A stretch of 64,000 nucleotides of DNA from Anaeromyxobacter sp. GTDB lineage: Bacteria; Myxococcota; Myxococcia; Myxococcales; Anaeromyxobacteraceae. Positions 30,537 through 40,187 of this stretch are shown in pieces (positions within the stretch are counted from its first letter, which is position 1; the number at the start of each line of letters is the position of its first letter). The notes under the pieces are model-generated. The model searched no databases, was not told the DNA's origin, and worked only from the letters and a program-made list of their open reading frames with translations. The DNA is taken from the NCBI GenBank assembly GCA_049840735.1, contig JASGJN010000017.1, positions 288,001-352,000 on the forward strand. Direction: 5' to 3'. The position numbers and the translations under genes are program-made.

Positions 30537-30964
30537 CCTGGACTCCCTGTTGCTCGGTTGAAGGGGCTCAGCGGACGGCGGTGATTCTGGCTCAGCTCGA
30601 TGTTGGAGAGCACCTCGCCGGTGCTGGTGCGGACGCTCACCTGCGGGCTCTGGCCGGACAGGACCAGCCCGGTCACGGTGCCCGTCATGGGGCCGGAGGC
30701 CGTGGTCAGGTCCACCGTCCGGCCGATCAGCCCCACCGACTGGAGCGAGGCCTGGTTGGTCAGGAGCTGGGTCAGCTTGGTGTTCAGCTCCTGCGTCTGC
30801 TGCAGGGTGGTGAACTGGGCCATCTGCGCCATGAACTGCTCGTTGTCCATGGGTTTGAGCGGATCCTGGTAGCTGAGCTGCGTCAGCAGCACCTTGAGGA
30901 AGTCCTGCATGCTCAGGCTGTTGGACGCCGTGGTGGTCGTGCTGCCGATTGCGCTGATGCTCAC
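30533..30964 (-). CDS. flgD: Hook capping protein FlgD (short; 3' end possibly frameshifted)
   Basis: DFLKVLLTQLSYQDPLKPMDNEQFMAQMAQF. Confidence 0.93.
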   Translation of the reverse strand: MSISAIGSTTTTASNSLSMQDFLKVLLTQLSYQDPLKPMDNEQFMAQMAQFTTLQQTQELNTKLTQLLTNQASLQSVGLIGRTVDLTTASGPMTGTVTGLVLSGQSPQVSVRTSTGEVLSNIELSQNHRRPLSPFNRATGSPG

Positions 30965-32055
30965 AGGACCTCCTCCTGGAAAGGGATGAAGCGGATGGAC
31001 GGGATCTCGGGCGGCGCCGCACGGCGCTCGCCCTGGCGCGCGGGGCGCGGCTGCTCCCGCGCGCGCAGGTCGGCGTGGACCTCGCGGCCGTTGCAGACCA
31101 GCGAGAGGAGCCGGGTGCCCTGGGCCTGGGCCCAGCGCTGCAGCGCGGTGAGGAGCTGCGCGGTGAGCTGCTCGAGCGGCGCGCCGGCGTCACGGTCGGC
31201 GCCGACCCAGACGCGGACGCCCTCCTCGGTCCACTCGGCGTGCCAGCGGATGGGCTCGGCCTTCTCGCCGCCCTGCTGGGGCTGCGCCGGACCGGTCGCG
31301 CCCGCGGCCGCCTCGACCGCCGTGTCCACCGGAAGCGTGGGCATTGCCCTCGGGAGTACGGGGGGAACGATGGCCGCGAGCACGGGCCTGGCCGGGGCCG
31401 CGGAGCTCGGAGGTGAGCTGGCCGGGGCGCCGACCTGCTGGGCGGGCCACGGCTGGACCGGCCACCTCGCCGGCGCTGCCGCGCCCTGGTCCAGCGCGCC
31501 GCCCGTCCCGGTCGGAAGCGCGAGCGGCTCGCCGGAAAGGGCAGCGCCCTCCAGCTTCCGCTGCCCCTCGGCGGACGCCTGGGCCCCAGGCGCGAAGGCC
31601 GGGCGCTCCTGGCAGGCCACGCGCTCCACCTCGCAGCCCGTTCGCTCCGGGCGCGACTCCTGGCCAGATCCGGAGGCCATGCGCAGCTCCAGCTCGCGAG
31701 CACGGGCCGGCGCCGCTCGGGAAACGGCCCCGCCAGCCGCACCGGCGGCATGCCCTGGCTGGGCCGGCGAGCCTGCCTCGGCCAGCAGGGCCTCCGGCGG
31801 CCGCGGCGAGACGACCGCCGCAGCCGGCATCACCCCGGCGGCGGCCGCGACGCGCTGCGGAGCCTCCCGCCGATCCTCGTCACGCCCCGCGCCGAGCGGC
31901 CTCCCGAACCAGTCGCGCTGGATGGCCCCCTCCAGCGCCTGCTGCCAGGCCCGGCGGCGTCCGTCGGTCTCGCGGTCGCGCGCCGCCGCGTCCGGGCTCG
32001 CCGCACTCGCACGCCCCGGCAGCAGCGCCGACGTGAGCTGGATCCAGAGGCTCAT
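30961..32055 (-). CDS. Putative FliK-like hook-length control protein (divergent)
   Basis: Long Ala/Pro-rich disordered region plus a compact C-terminal domain; occupies the fliK position between fliJ and flgD. Confidence 0.55.
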   Translation of the reverse strand: MSLWIQLTSALLPGRASAASPDAAARDRETDGRRRAWQQALEGAIQRDWFGRPLGAGRDEDRREAPQRVAAAAGVMPAAAVVSPRPPEALLAEAGSPAQPGHAAGAAGGAVSRAAPARARELELRMASGSGQESRPERTGCEVERVACQERPAFAPGAQASAEGQRKLEGAALSGEPLALPTGTGGALDQGAAAPARWPVQPWPAQQVGAPASSPPSSAAPARPVLAAIVPPVLPRAMPTLPVDTAVEAAAGATGPAQPQQGGEKAEPIRWHAEWTEEGVRVWVGADRDAGAPLEQLTAQLLTALQRWAQAQGTRLLSLVCNGREVHADLRAREQPRPARQGERRAAPPEIPSIRFIPFQEEVL

Positions 32056-32543
32056 CCCTGCCGCTCCCCGGGCCCTGCGCCCCGGCCCCCGCGCGAAGCG
32101 TGCCGGCGCGAGAGCCACTCCTGGTCGTTCTCCCGGGCGCTGCGCGCCAGCGCGTCGCGCACGAACTCCGCCTGCCGCTCGTCCCGGTGCTTCTCGATCA
32201 CGTCCACCCGCTGCTGATGCTCCAGGACCGAGCGGAGGACCTGGGTGCGCTCTGCCTCCAGCTCCGCCACGGTCACCGAGGCGCCGGCGATGCCGTCGCG
32301 CAGCTGCGCGAGCCAGCGGAGGCAGGTGGCGTAGGCCCCAGGATCCACCTTGGCCTGGAGGGCGCGCGCCGCGCAGCGGCCCTGCTCCTCGTGCTGCGCG
32401 CGCAGCTCCTCCACCCGCCGGACGGCCTGCTCCAGCGCGCGCTGGACCCTCCCCAGCTCCGCCTGGACGGCCTCGAGCTGCCACTGCCGCTGCTTGCGCA
32501 CCGGCTCCAGCTCGTACTCGAACCCCCGCAGGTCCACGGTCAT
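32052..32543 (-). CDS. fliJ: FliJ-like coiled-coil protein
   Basis: FEYELEPV N-terminus, coiled coil, ARENDQEW C-terminus; directly after fliI. Confidence 0.75.
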   Translation of the reverse strand: MTVDLRGFEYELEPVRKQRQWQLEAVQAELGRVQRALEQAVRRVEELRAQHEEQGRCAARALQAKVDPGAYATCLRWLAQLRDGIAGASVTVAELEAERTQVLRSVLEHQQRVDVIEKHRDERQAEFVRDALARSARENDQEWLSRRHASRGGRGAGPGERQG

Positions 32544-34096
32544 CGGCCGCTCCTGGGCTGGGCCGGCGGGCCGGGCGGACGGGCCGGCGCAGCGGCGCCG
32601 GCGCGCTGCGGCGTGGGCGCGGCAGGCGCCGCTGGCCGCCGGGCGTTGCCGCCGTAGTCCGCCCGCTGCGGCGCCGCCGGCTGCGCCGCCTGCTGGCTCG
32701 CGTGCTGGGCCTTGAGCTGCAGCACCTCGGCCAGCCCCTTCAGCGCGTCAGCCCGGCGGACCCCACCCTCCGACTGCCGCAGCCAGGCCTGCAGCCGCGC
32801 CTGGCAGGCCAGGGCGGCGTCCAGCTCCGGGTTGGTCCCGGCCTCGTAGGCGCCCAGCTCCACCATCTGGCGGCTGCGCTCGAGCAGCGCCAGCAGCTTC
32901 ACCGCCTCGGTCACCAGCAGCCGCTCCAGGTCGCTGGTGAGATCCGGGAGCAGGCGGCTCGCCGACTTGAGCAGGTCGATGGCCGGGTACAACCCCTGGT
33001 GCGCGATCGATCGGGAGAGGACGATGTGCCCGTCCAGGATGGCCCTGAGCGCGTCGGAGACCGGCTCGTTCAGGTCGTCTCCCTCGACCAGCACCGTGAG
33101 CAGCGCGGTGATGGAGCCGCCCGAGGCGGCCGTGCCGCACCGCTCGCACAGCTCCGGCAGCTCGGCGAAGACCGAGGGCGTGTAGCCGCGGGCGGTGGGC
33201 GGCTCGCCGGCGGAGAGCCCCACCTCGCGGCGCGCCATGGCGAAGCGGGTGATGGAGTCCATCATCAGCAGGACGTGCTTGCCCTCCTCGCGGAAGTGCT
33301 CGGCGATGGAGAGCGCGGCGTGGGCGGCGCGGATGCGGGCCAGCGCCGGCTGGTCCGCGGTGGCCACCACCACCACCGAGCGCCGGAGCCCCTCGGCCCC
33401 CAGGTGCTTCTCGATGAACTCCCGGACCTCGCGCCCGCGTTCGCCGATGAGCGCGATGACGTTCACGTCGGCCCGCACGTGGCGGGCGATCATCCCGAGC
33501 AGCGTGCTCTTGCCCACGCCGCTGCCGGCGAAGATGCCGGTGCGCTGCCCCTGCCCCAGCGTGAGCAGCGAGTCGATGGTCCGGATGCCGGTCTCCAGCA
33601 CGTGCTGGATGCGGGGCCGGGTCATCGGGTTGATGGGCGAGCCGCGCAGCGGCCGGGTTCGCGCGGGGCGCGGCGCCGCCAGGGCGTCGAGCGGCCGCCC
33701 GAAGCCGTCCACCACGCGGCCGATCAGCTCCTGCCCCACCCCGATGTCAGAGGCGTCGCCCAGCGCCAGGACCGTGCTGCCCACCGCCAGCCCCTTGGCC
33801 GTCCCGTAGGGCATGAGCGTCACCACGCCCGGCTGGACGCCCACCACCTCGGCCAGCACCGCCGGCGAGCAGGCGTCCTCGCCAGAGGCGATGGCCCCCC
33901 CGATCAGCCGCGCCACCAGGCCGTCCGAGTCGGCCACCGCATCCACGCCCGGCGGGACGACGGCGCAGAGCTCACCGACGCGGCTGCGCGGCCCCTCGGC
34001 CTCGATGGCCAGGCCGTGCAGCTTGCGCACGACGCCCACGCGCCGGTCGAGCTCGGTGCGCCGGATCGCGCCCGTGAGCCTGGCCAGGCGGCTCAT
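32540..34096 (-). CDS. fliI: Export ATPase FliI
   Basis: GIFAGSGVGKSTLL, ALIGERGREV, DSITRFAMA and GYTPSVF motifs. Confidence 0.96.
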   Translation of the reverse strand: MSRLARLTGAIRRTELDRRVGVVRKLHGLAIEAEGPRSRVGELCAVVPPGVDAVADSDGLVARLIGGAIASGEDACSPAVLAEVVGVQPGVVTLMPYGTAKGLAVGSTVLALGDASDIGVGQELIGRVVDGFGRPLDALAAPRPARTRPLRGSPINPMTRPRIQHVLETGIRTIDSLLTLGQGQRTGIFAGSGVGKSTLLGMIARHVRADVNVIALIGERGREVREFIEKHLGAEGLRRSVVVVATADQPALARIRAAHAALSIAEHFREEGKHVLLMMDSITRFAMARREVGLSAGEPPTARGYTPSVFAELPELCERCGTAASGGSITALLTVLVEGDDLNEPVSDALRAILDGHIVLSRSIAHQGLYPAIDLLKSASRLLPDLTSDLERLLVTEAVKLLALLERSRQMVELGAYEAGTNPELDAALACQARLQAWLRQSEGGVRRADALKGLAEVLQLKAQHASQQAAQPAAPQRADYGGNARRPAAPAAPTPQRAGAAAPARPPGPPAQPRSGR

Positions 34097-35100
34097 CGGA
34101 AGAAGTCCTCCGTGTCGAACGGGACCGGCCTGGGGAGGGGCTCGGGCGGCGGCGCCGCCGCCGCCGGCCCGGCGATGACCGGGCGCGCCGCTGCTGGGGG
34201 CGCCACCTCGACCGCGGCCTCGCCGGTCGCCACCCCGTGCGCGGACTGCAGCGCCCGGGTCAGCGCCCGCAGCTGCGTCTCGAGCCTGGCGTCGAGCGTC
34301 CCCTCGGTGGTGCGGACCACGCACCCGCCCGCCTCGAGCCGCTCGTCCGCGACCAGCGCCACCGACTCGGCGCTCCCCGCCCGGTGACGGTCGATCCACT
34401 CGACGAGCTGCGCGTCGCCCTCCAGCAGCGCGCGGTCAACCGGGTGCAGGTGGATTGACAGGAGCGGCCCCCCGCTGCCGGCACCCGCCCGGCCGGTGGC
34501 CTCGTGCACGGCACGGCGCACCGCGGCCTCGACGCCCGCGCGCGTGACCAGCTGCTCCCCCACCAGCTTCGCGACGGCGGAGTGGCAGAGCGCCACCATC
34601 TCGTCCTCCGCCGCCTCGAGCCGCGCCATGAACGCCTGCTGGGCGCCAGCCAGGACGCGGTCGAGCAGCTGCAGCCGGCGCACGACCTCCTCGCGCCCTG
34701 CCCGCGCCTCCTGGTCCACCGTCCGCTGGGCCGCGCTCCGCCCCTCCGCCGACCCCTGCGCCCGCCCCTCCTCCAGGCCGCGGGCGAACCCCGCCTCCGC
34801 CGCCCGCTGCTCCGCCTGCTGCTGCTGCGACTCGCCCTGGTGGCGCGCGGCCCGCACGCCCTCCTCGTAGGCCGCGCGCAGCTCGGCCTCGCGGGTCCTG
34901 GCAGGCTCCTGCGCCGGCGCCTGCGGCACCGGCGCCGTCGGCGCCTCCGTCGCGGCGGGCGCGGCGTGGCGTGCGCGCGCGGCCCCCGGCCGCCGCAGCG
35001 AACGGGGCTGCTCAGCCAGCGTCACCTCCCGGAGCACGGCGCCGCCGGCGGCGGGCGCCGTCGGCCCCTGCGCAGGGCCTGGCGGCGGACGGCGCGTCAT
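34093..35100 (-). CDS. fliH: FliH/SctL-like protein
   Basis: GxxxG repeats, IHLHPVD and GGCVVRTTEGTLDARLETQL. Confidence 0.88.
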   Translation of the reverse strand: MTRRPPPGPAQGPTAPAAGGAVLREVTLAEQPRSLRRPGAARARHAAPAATEAPTAPVPQAPAQEPARTREAELRAAYEEGVRAARHQGESQQQQAEQRAAEAGFARGLEEGRAQGSAEGRSAAQRTVDQEARAGREEVVRRLQLLDRVLAGAQQAFMARLEAAEDEMVALCHSAVAKLVGEQLVTRAGVEAAVRRAVHEATGRAGAGSGGPLLSIHLHPVDRALLEGDAQLVEWIDRHRAGSAESVALVADERLEAGGCVVRTTEGTLDARLETQLRALTRALQSAHGVATGEAAVEVAPPAAARPVIAGPAAAAPPPEPLPRPVPFDTEDFFR

Positions 35101-35705
35101 CGCCTCCCTCCGCGCCACAGCCCCCAGCGCGCCAGCCACCCGCGCTTCGTGCGCACGGGCTCAGCGGTGGTCACGACCTCCTCTAGCCTCGAGAGCAGGG
35201 CCTCCACCAGCGCCGCCTCGAGCGCCGGCGCCCGCCGGACCGGGGAGGCCGAGCCCAGCAGGTCGACCGTCAGCTGCTCCGAGCCCTCGAGGCGGCGGAG
35301 CACCTCCTCCTTCCACCGCCACGCGCGGATGCCGAGCACCCGCACCCGCAGGCCCGCGGGCTCGGACTCCAGCAGCTCCGCCAGCAGCCGGGGGTGCGCC
35401 GCCCCCAGGGCGTCGAGCCGGTCCTCCGGCAGCTCGGCCGCGGTCGGGACGGGCTGCTCCGGCTGGAGCGAAGGCGCCGGTGCCGATCCGGCCAGCGCCT
35501 CCTCCACGAACCGGGCCTCGGCGGGGATGCCGAGCTGCGCCAGCTCGCCGAGCAGCGTCTCCACGCCGCGCCGCTCCGACTCGGAGAGGCGCTCCAGGAT
35601 CCACCCGCGATCGTCCGGAGCGAGCGCGTGCAGGGTCAGGGCAGCCTGGCGAAGCCCTGGCGCGGGCTCCGCGGTGGTGGGGCCGAGCTGCTCGACGGGC
35701 CTCAT
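35097..35705 (-). CDS. Short, degenerate FliG-position protein
   Basis: Lies between fliF and fliH; RQAALTLHAL...ILERLSESE and LLESEP echo FliG N/M segments; only ~200 aa. Confidence 0.55.
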   Translation of the reverse strand: MRPVEQLGPTTAEPAPGLRQAALTLHALAPDDRGWILERLSESERRGVETLLGELAQLGIPAEARFVEEALAGSAPAPSLQPEQPVPTAAELPEDRLDALGAAHPRLLAELLESEPAGLRVRVLGIRAWRWKEEVLRRLEGSEQLTVDLLGSASPVRRAPALEAALVEALLSRLEEVVTTAEPVRTKRGWLARWGLWRGGRR

Positions 35706-37168
35706 CGCCACTCCCCCTGGGCGCGGCTGTTGGTCCCGCGCATCCAGGCCCTGACCTGCTCCAGGGCTGCCTGGCGCTCCAGGTCGGTGAGCGGCTTGCG
35801 CGCCCGGCCCTGGCCGTCGCCGCGCCGCCCCGCCATCCGCCAGGCGAGCGCGATCAGGGCCAGGAGCCCCGCGACCCCGGCGGCCACTGCGAGCGGCCCG
35901 ACCGGCACCTCGCGCACCGTCGCGGTGGCCTCCGTCGCTGCCTTGGCCGGGGGCTCACCCCAGGAGGCCGCGACCGGCACCTCCGGCTTGGGCTGCAGCG
36001 GTCCGCTCAGCGCGTCGATCGACTGCACGACCACCGTGTCGCCGCGCTCCAGGTTGGCCCCGATGCTGGCCGCCACCACGCGCCGGAGCTGCTCCTCGCG
36101 CTGGGGGTCCAGCGGCACCTTCACCACGGCCACGGCCTGGATGCGCCGGATGGTGCCGGGCTGGCTGATGACCTGCTCCACGCGCCGTCCCACCGCGTAC
36201 TCCACTTCGCGCTGCGAGCTCCCTGCGCTCGGCGCCTCGCCGCTCGCCGCCGCCTGCACCGGCCCCCCCACGTCCCGGAGCGTCGCGCGCTCGTGCACCA
36301 CCACGCCCGTCGGGTTCCGGCCCTGGGCGCCGGGGGGCGCCATGACGTCCTCGGTCGTGGTCTGCACCCGGTCCATGTCGAGCGTGACGTCCACCGTGGC
36401 GAGCGCCTGCCCGGCGCCCAGCGTGCGGTCGAGGATCTCCGCCACCTTGCGGGCCAGGTAGGACTCGGTGTCCTTCTTGAGATCGAGCCGCCCGCCCCCG
36501 CCCTCCGCCGCGCCCTCCCCGGCGCTGCGGGTGAGCGCGACCCCGCTCTGGTCCACGATGGTCACGTCCTGGGTGGCGATGCCCGGGACGGCCGCCGAGA
36601 CCAGCCGCTGGATCCCGGCCACCTGCGCCGGCGCCAGCGCGCGGCCCTGCTTGAGCGTGAGGGTGATGGAGGCCGTGGACTTCTGGTGGGACGCCTTGAA
36701 GAGCCCCTGCTCCGGGAGGGCCAGGAGCACCCGGGCCTCGCGGACCTCGGACAGGGACAGGATGGTGCGGGTGAGCTCACCCTGCAGCGCCCGCTGGTAG
36801 TTGATGCGCTGCGCGAACTCGGTCATGCCGAAGTCGCTGTTGTTGAAGAGCTCGAAGCCGACCGCGCCGTGGAGCGGGAGGTCGCGCCCCATCAGCTTGA
36901 GGCGCGTGTTGTAGACGTCCTTCCGGTCCACCAGGAGCGCGGTCGCCCCCTCCTCGCCCGACGCCTCCACCTTGAACGGGACCTTGAGCCGCTCCAGCTC
37001 CTCGCTCATGGCCGCCGCGTCCTGCGCCGAGAGGTCGGCGAAGAGGATCTGGTAGTCGGTGCGCATGAGCCAGTAGCCGAGGACCGCGGTCATCGCGCAG
37101 ATGACCACCACGCCCCCGACCAGCCCGATGCGGGCCGCTCGCCCCAGCCGTCTCCAGAACTCCATCAT
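35702..37168 (-). CDS. fliF: MS-ring protein FliF
   Basis: VGFELFNNSDFGMTEF, NYQRALQGELTRTI and ARVLLALPE motifs; two TM segments. Confidence 0.95.
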   Translation of the reverse strand: MMEFWRRLGRAARIGLVGGVVVICAMTAVLGYWLMRTDYQILFADLSAQDAAAMSEELERLKVPFKVEASGEEGATALLVDRKDVYNTRLKLMGRDLPLHGAVGFELFNNSDFGMTEFAQRINYQRALQGELTRTILSLSEVREARVLLALPEQGLFKASHQKSTASITLTLKQGRALAPAQVAGIQRLVSAAVPGIATQDVTIVDQSGVALTRSAGEGAAEGGGGRLDLKKDTESYLARKVAEILDRTLGAGQALATVDVTLDMDRVQTTTEDVMAPPGAQGRNPTGVVVHERATLRDVGGPVQAAASGEAPSAGSSQREVEYAVGRRVEQVISQPGTIRRIQAVAVVKVPLDPQREEQLRRVVAASIGANLERGDTVVVQSIDALSGPLQPKPEVPVAASWGEPPAKAATEATATVREVPVGPLAVAAGVAGLLALIALAWRMAGRRGDGQGRARKPLTDLERQAALEQVRAWMRGTNSRAQGEWR

Positions 37169-37249
37169 CTCCGCGACCTCTCCGCCGGCGTCCCTGCCGG
37201 CCGCTCACGTCCGCTGCCCTGCACCTCGACGAGCTCTTGCCGCGCCCGA

Positions 37250-37585
37250 TCAGACCTGCATCTTCATCAGGTCCTGGTACGCCTCGAGCAGGCGGTTCCG
37301 GACCTGCATCACCAGCTGGAAGGAGAGCCGGCTCTCCTCCATCCGGATCATCACCTGGTGCAGGTTCTGGACGTCCCCGACCGCCAGCCGCTGCATGTCG
37401 GCCTGCGAGGCCATGAGCTGCGTGTTCACCTTGTCGAGCCCCTGGGCCACCAGCTCGCCGAAGCTGGCGCCGCGGGCGGCCTCCGGCGCGACCACGCCGC
37501 CGTGGAGTCCGTTGTCGGTCGAGGCGGCCGCCTGCGCGGACGCGCCCTGCACCGCCGTCAGCCCCTGGATCGCGTCCCAGTTCAC
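37250..37585 (-). CDS. fliE: FliE
   Basis: LHQVMIRMEESRLSFQLVMQVRNRLLEAYQDLMKMQV. Confidence 0.95.
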   Translation of the reverse strand: MNWDAIQGLTAVQGASAQAAASTDNGLHGGVVAPEAARGASFGELVAQGLDKVNTQLMASQADMQRLAVGDVQNLHQVMIRMEESRLSFQLVMQVRNRLLEAYQDLMKMQV

Positions 37586-38040
37586 TGGCCGCTCCCGATC
37601 TCCAGCGTGCGGAGCGCCAGCGTGCGGGCGGTGTTCATCGCCGCCAGGTTGGCCTCGTACGAGCGCAGCGCGCTCGACAGCTCGATCATCTCGGTGGCGC
37701 TGTCGACGCCGGGGTAGCTGATGAAGCCCTGGGCGTCGGCCAGCGGGTGGCCCGGCTCGTACACCCGGCGCGGCGCGGCGCCGGTCGTCTCCACGATCGC
37801 CTCCGGCACGCCCAGCGCCTGGGCCGAACGGTCCAGCCCGGTCTCGACCTGATCGGCGAAGGAGGGGGCGGCGGCGCCCAGGTGCGCGGTGCGGGCCAGC
37901 ACCCGGACAGGCTGGTAGGCGGCGCCGTCGGCGCCCTGCACGGTGTTGGCGTTGGCCAGGTTGGAGGCCGCAGCCTCCACCCGCGCGCGCTCCACCGACA
38001 TGCCGGCGGCGCTGATGGCGAAGGTCTTCGAGAAGTCCAT
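37582..38040 (-). CDS. flgC: Basal-body rod protein FlgC
   Basis: ISAAGMSVER...SNLANANT and YEPGHPLADAQGFISYPGVD. Confidence 0.95.
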   Translation of the reverse strand: MDFSKTFAISAAGMSVERARVEAAASNLANANTVQGADGAAYQPVRVLARTAHLGAAAPSFADQVETGLDRSAQALGVPEAIVETTGAAPRRVYEPGHPLADAQGFISYPGVDSATEMIELSSALRSYEANLAAMNTARTLALRTLEIGSGQ

Positions 38041-38075
38041 CGACGTGTCTCCCTGTCCGTTCGCGCCCGAGGGCG

Positions 38076-38459
38076 TCACTTCTTCCCGTCGCTGACGGCC
38101 GCCGAGAGCACCGCCAGGTGCTTCGACATCGCCTTCAGCAGCGCCTGGTACTGGGTGGCGTTCTGGGCCATGCCCGCGACCTCCAGGTCCAGCTGCACCT
38201 TGGCCGGCACACCGCCGGCGGTGGAGACCGGCACCAGCCGGGCCTCCACGCCCTCCAGCGAAGTGGCGTCCAGGTAGCCCTGGGCCCCCAGCGCCGACCG
38301 GGCGTCCTCGAGCTGTCCCTCGAAGCTGACCGTGACGGGCACGTAGCCCTCCACGCTGGCGTTCGCGATGTTGGCGGCTGCCGCCTGCTGCCGGAGCGCC
38401 GCCGCGTCGAGCGCCTTGCCCAGCGCGGCCATGGTGATCGCCTCGATTCCCTCGGTCAC
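38076..38459 (-). CDS. flgB: Basal-body rod protein FlgB
   Basis: ALDAAALRQQAAAANIANA and VQLDLEVAGMAQNATQYQAL. Confidence 0.92.
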   Translation of the reverse strand: MTEGIEAITMAALGKALDAAALRQQAAAANIANASVEGYVPVTVSFEGQLEDARSALGAQGYLDATSLEGVEARLVPVSTAGGVPAKVQLDLEVAGMAQNATQYQALLKAMSKHLAVLSAAVSDGKK

Positions 38460-38469
38460 GGCGCCTCCT

Positions 38470-39606
38470 CTACTGGATGACCAGCTCGGCGCGGAGCGCG
38501 CCGGCCGTCTTGATGGCCTGCAGGATGGAGATGATGTCGCGCGAGTTGGTCTTGAGCCGGGCCAGCGACTGCACCAGGTCCGCCACCGTGTTGTTGTCCG
38601 AGGTGGTGACCACGCCCGTGTCCTTGCCCTCGTGCACGTTCACGTAGGTGTTGGTCACGATCTCGGTCCGGACGCCCGGCCCGCTGCGCCAGGCGATGCC
38701 GGGCTGCGAGGCGTAGTTCTCCTCGACGATGGAGACCTTCAGGTCGCCGTGGGTGATGGCCACCGGCGAGATCCGGACGTCCCCGCCGGCCACCACCGTC
38801 CCGGTCCGCTCGTTCACCACCACGCGCGCGCGGCGGTCCGGATCGACGGTGACCGCCTCCAGCCGGGCCACGAACCGGACCAGCTGCGGCTGGTCGTCCG
38901 GGACCTTGATCGACACGGCCGACGCGTCGGTGGCCTCGGCGAAGGTCCCGCCCAGCTCGCTGTTGAGGGCCGCGGCGATCCGGTCGGCGGTGGTGTAGTC
39001 AGGATCCGCCAGCAGGAAGGTGATGTGCCGGTCCTCGCTCATCACCTGGGCGCTGACCCCGACCTCCACCGTGGCGCCGCCCGGCACGGAGCCCACCGTG
39101 GGGTGGTTCTTCTGCACCACGTTCCCGTTGGCGTCGTAGCGGTAGCCGCCCACCGAGAGCGGCCCCTGGGCCAGGGCGTGCACCACGCCGTCGGGCCCCT
39201 TGAGCGGGGTGAGGAGCAGGCTGCCGCCCAGCAGGCTCCGGGCGTCGCCGGCCGAGGTGACGGTCACGTCCAGCGTGTCGCCCTCGCGGGAGAAGGGCGG
39301 CAGCGAGGCGGACACCATCACCACGGCCACGTTCCGGCTCTGGATCTGGTCGGCGGGGACGGTGAGGTTGAACTGCGAGAGCACGTTGGAGAGCGTCTGG
39401 CGCGTGGTCCGGTTGTTGGGCGAGTCCCCGGTGCCGGCCAGGCCGGTCACGATGCCGTACCCGACCAGCGCGTTCTCGCGCCAGCCGCGCAGCTTCCCCA
39501 GGTCCTTCACCCGCACGGCCTCGGCGCCGCGCGCCGTCGGCGCAGCGAGCACGCCGGCCAGCAGCGCGGCGCAGAGGAGGATCGATCGACGGAGGTCGGT
39601 GCGCAT
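38470..39606 (-). CDS. flgI: P-ring protein FlgI
   Basis: VRVKDL, LVGYGIVTGLAGTGD, VVVNERTGTVV and ILQAIKTAGAL motifs. Confidence 0.96.
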   Translation of the reverse strand: MRTDLRRSILLCAALLAGVLAAPTARGAEAVRVKDLGKLRGWRENALVGYGIVTGLAGTGDSPNNRTTRQTLSNVLSQFNLTVPADQIQSRNVAVVMVSASLPPFSREGDTLDVTVTSAGDARSLLGGSLLLTPLKGPDGVVHALAQGPLSVGGYRYDANGNVVQKNHPTVGSVPGGATVEVGVSAQVMSEDRHITFLLADPDYTTADRIAAALNSELGGTFAEATDASAVSIKVPDDQPQLVRFVARLEAVTVDPDRRARVVVNERTGTVVAGGDVRISPVAITHGDLKVSIVEENYASQPGIAWRSGPGVRTEIVTNTYVNVHEGKDTGVVTTSDNNTVADLVQSLARLKTNSRDIISILQAIKTAGALRAELVIQ

Positions 39607-40187
39607 CACAGCCCCAGGGCGTCCAGCAGCTGGCGCCACCAGCCGCGCTTGTTGCGCTCGGCCACGTCGCCCGCGCCGGTGTAGCTGATGCGGGCGTCGG
39701 CGAGCCGGGTCGAGAGCACGATGTTCCCGGCGGTCACGTCCTGCGGCCGGACCCGCCCCTCCAGCTTGACGTGCTGCGCCTCGCCGTTGACGGTCAGCGA
39801 CTGCTCGCCGCCGAGCCTGAGCTCGCCGTTCGGCAGCACCTCCTGCACCGTGACGGTGAGCGCGGCCAGGACGCGGTTGGCGCGCTGCGTGCTCCCGCCG
39901 CCGTCGAAGGTCCCGCGGACGTTGACCGAGCCGCCGTAGGCCTTGCGCGTGTCGTTGGCGGCGAGCCCCAGCGAGGCGTCGATGCCGTTGTTGCGCTGCG
40001 TGGAGGTCTCGGCGCTGGTGGCCGCCGAGGAGTTCTCGATGACCTGGACGGTGATGGCGTCCCCGACCTGGAAGGCCTTGGCATCGCCCGCCAGCGACCG
40101 GTAGGCCGTCCCCGGGTACAGGCTGTCGGCGCGCGCGACGCCCCCTGCCCCGGCCACCGCCAGCAGCAGCGCTGCGACCACTCTCAT
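39606..40187 (-). CDS. flgH: L-ring protein FlgH (no lipobox cysteine)
   Basis: KAFQVGDAITVQVIE, VQEVLPNG, GRVRPQDV and STRLADARISY motifs. Confidence 0.92.
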   Translation of the reverse strand: MRVVAALLLAVAGAGGVARADSLYPGTAYRSLAGDAKAFQVGDAITVQVIENSSAATSAETSTQRNNGIDASLGLAANDTRKAYGGSVNVRGTFDGGGSTQRANRVLAALTVTVQEVLPNGELRLGGEQSLTVNGEAQHVKLEGRVRPQDVTAGNIVLSTRLADARISYTGAGDVAERNKRGWWRQLLDALGL

